From NCBI GenBank assembly GCA_035637175.1, contig DASPXS010000185.1, positions 1 to 45,467 of the forward strand: 45,467 nucleotides of DNA, written 5' to 3'. Source of the stretch: Haliangiales bacterium. Lineage in GTDB: Bacteria > Verrucomicrobiota > Verrucomicrobiia > Limisphaerales > AV2. Of the stretch, positions 45,040-45,467 are shown piece by piece. Position numbers and translations under genes: made by a program. Position 1 is the stretch's first letter; each line of letters starts with the position of its first letter. The notes beneath the pieces are model-generated. The model was not told the origin of the DNA and did no database searches. It worked only from the letters and a program-made list of their open reading frames with translations.

Positions 45040-45467
45040 GCGGGAAATTCAATCTCCACGGGCCGGGACTCACGTTGGTCCTGGCCTTCGCTTTTGGCCT
45101 CGTGGCGGGAGGCCAGAGAGTGATTTCCCCGAGCACCTTCGCGCCTCGGACCCCTGAACCGGAGCGCGGCATTCATGCCGCTTCACCGGCCTGGTTCCTG
45201 CCGACATCGAAGCGGCATGAACGCCGCGCTCCAACGAGCGTTCACGAAAACGGGCGCGAGCCGAGCGTACAAACTCCCGGATGGTCGATCCCGTACGGCA
45301 AAGAATTCTGGCGGCAAGCCATCAAACCGGCTGAGCCGAATCCCAAAGGCCCGCAGGGTTCCTCGTCCGCAACGATCCCGGCCAATATCGATCTCGGAGA
45401 CATCATTGATCGCGTCTCCCATGCCATCACCAGGGATGACTGCTCCGGGGCCGCGCGAGTCCAGGCC
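45036..45467 (+). CDS. Hypothetical membrane-anchored/secreted protein, truncated by the window end
   Basis: ATG 45036 overlaps the LuxR stop (ATGA). My own translation runs 144 codons to the window end with no stop: MSGKFNLHGPGLTLVLAFAFGLVAGGQ (signal/anchor)...IPANIDLGDIIDRVSHAITRDD... It is absent from the track, presumably because it has no stop. Confidence 0.55.
   Translation, partial: MSGKFNLHGPGLTLVLAFAFGLVAGGQRVISPSTFAPRTPEPERGIHAASPAWFLPTSKRHERRAPTSVHENGREPSVQTPGWSIPYGKEFWRQAIKPAEPNPKGPQGSSSATIPANIDLGDIIDRVSHAITRDDCSGAARVQA

Noticed and set aside
1-45467. Looked for CRISPR arrays, rRNA/tRNA genes, transposase/integrase genes, long dispersed repeats, reverse transcriptase/DGR-type repeats, and toxin-antitoxin or known defence-gene signatures.
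   Set aside because: None were recognised by eye. Only short tandem repeats of 7-9 bp and hairpins were found. tRNAscan, Infernal, ISfinder or defence-finder runs would be needed for a definitive negative.

Overview
GC-rich bacterial chromosomal window. The gene content looks like the PVC superphylum (Verrucomicrobiota or Planctomycetota): a DUF1592/DUF1552 pair, TAT-signal enzymes and a PQQ-type propeller. All family calls come from reading motifs in the supplied translations; no searches were run.

Layout:
- 93-4965 (-): three-gene DUF2892 / membrane-fusion / RND efflux operon.
- 5181-7796: orphan ParA ATPase, a CheY-like receiver and a REC-PAS protein.
- 8000-15325 (-): dienelactone hydrolase, TAT intradiol dioxygenase, DUF1552 + DUF1592 (heme-c) pair, PQQ-like beta-propeller.
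- 15752-31600 (+): the main feature. A candidate sigma-54 promoter is followed by a small secreted G/R-rich protein and a complete, tightly coupled type II secretion cluster in the order E-F-G-H-I-J-K-L-M-C-D. A histidine kinase and an NtrC-type sigma-54 activator follow directly.
- 32201-40868 (+): patatin-like lipase, PaaK-like adenylating ligase, thiolase, FadB/J-like enzyme, long acyl-CoA dehydrogenase.
- 41316-44058 (+): korAB 2-oxoacid:ferredoxin oxidoreductase.
- 44794-45467 (+): HTH-only LuxR regulator translationally coupled to a membrane-anchored protein that runs off the window.

Most notable observations:
- The secretin is encoded as two separately exported polypeptides, and the break falls inside the loop of the last N-domain.
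- All four pseudopilins have Ala, not the canonical Gly, at the prepilin cleavage position -1.
- The secretin N-domains carry long G/N/Q/F/R low-complexity loops, echoed in the first gene of the cluster.
- The secretion cluster appears wired to a sigma-54 / two-component circuit.

No rRNA, tRNA, CRISPR array or recognisable mobile element was seen by eye.
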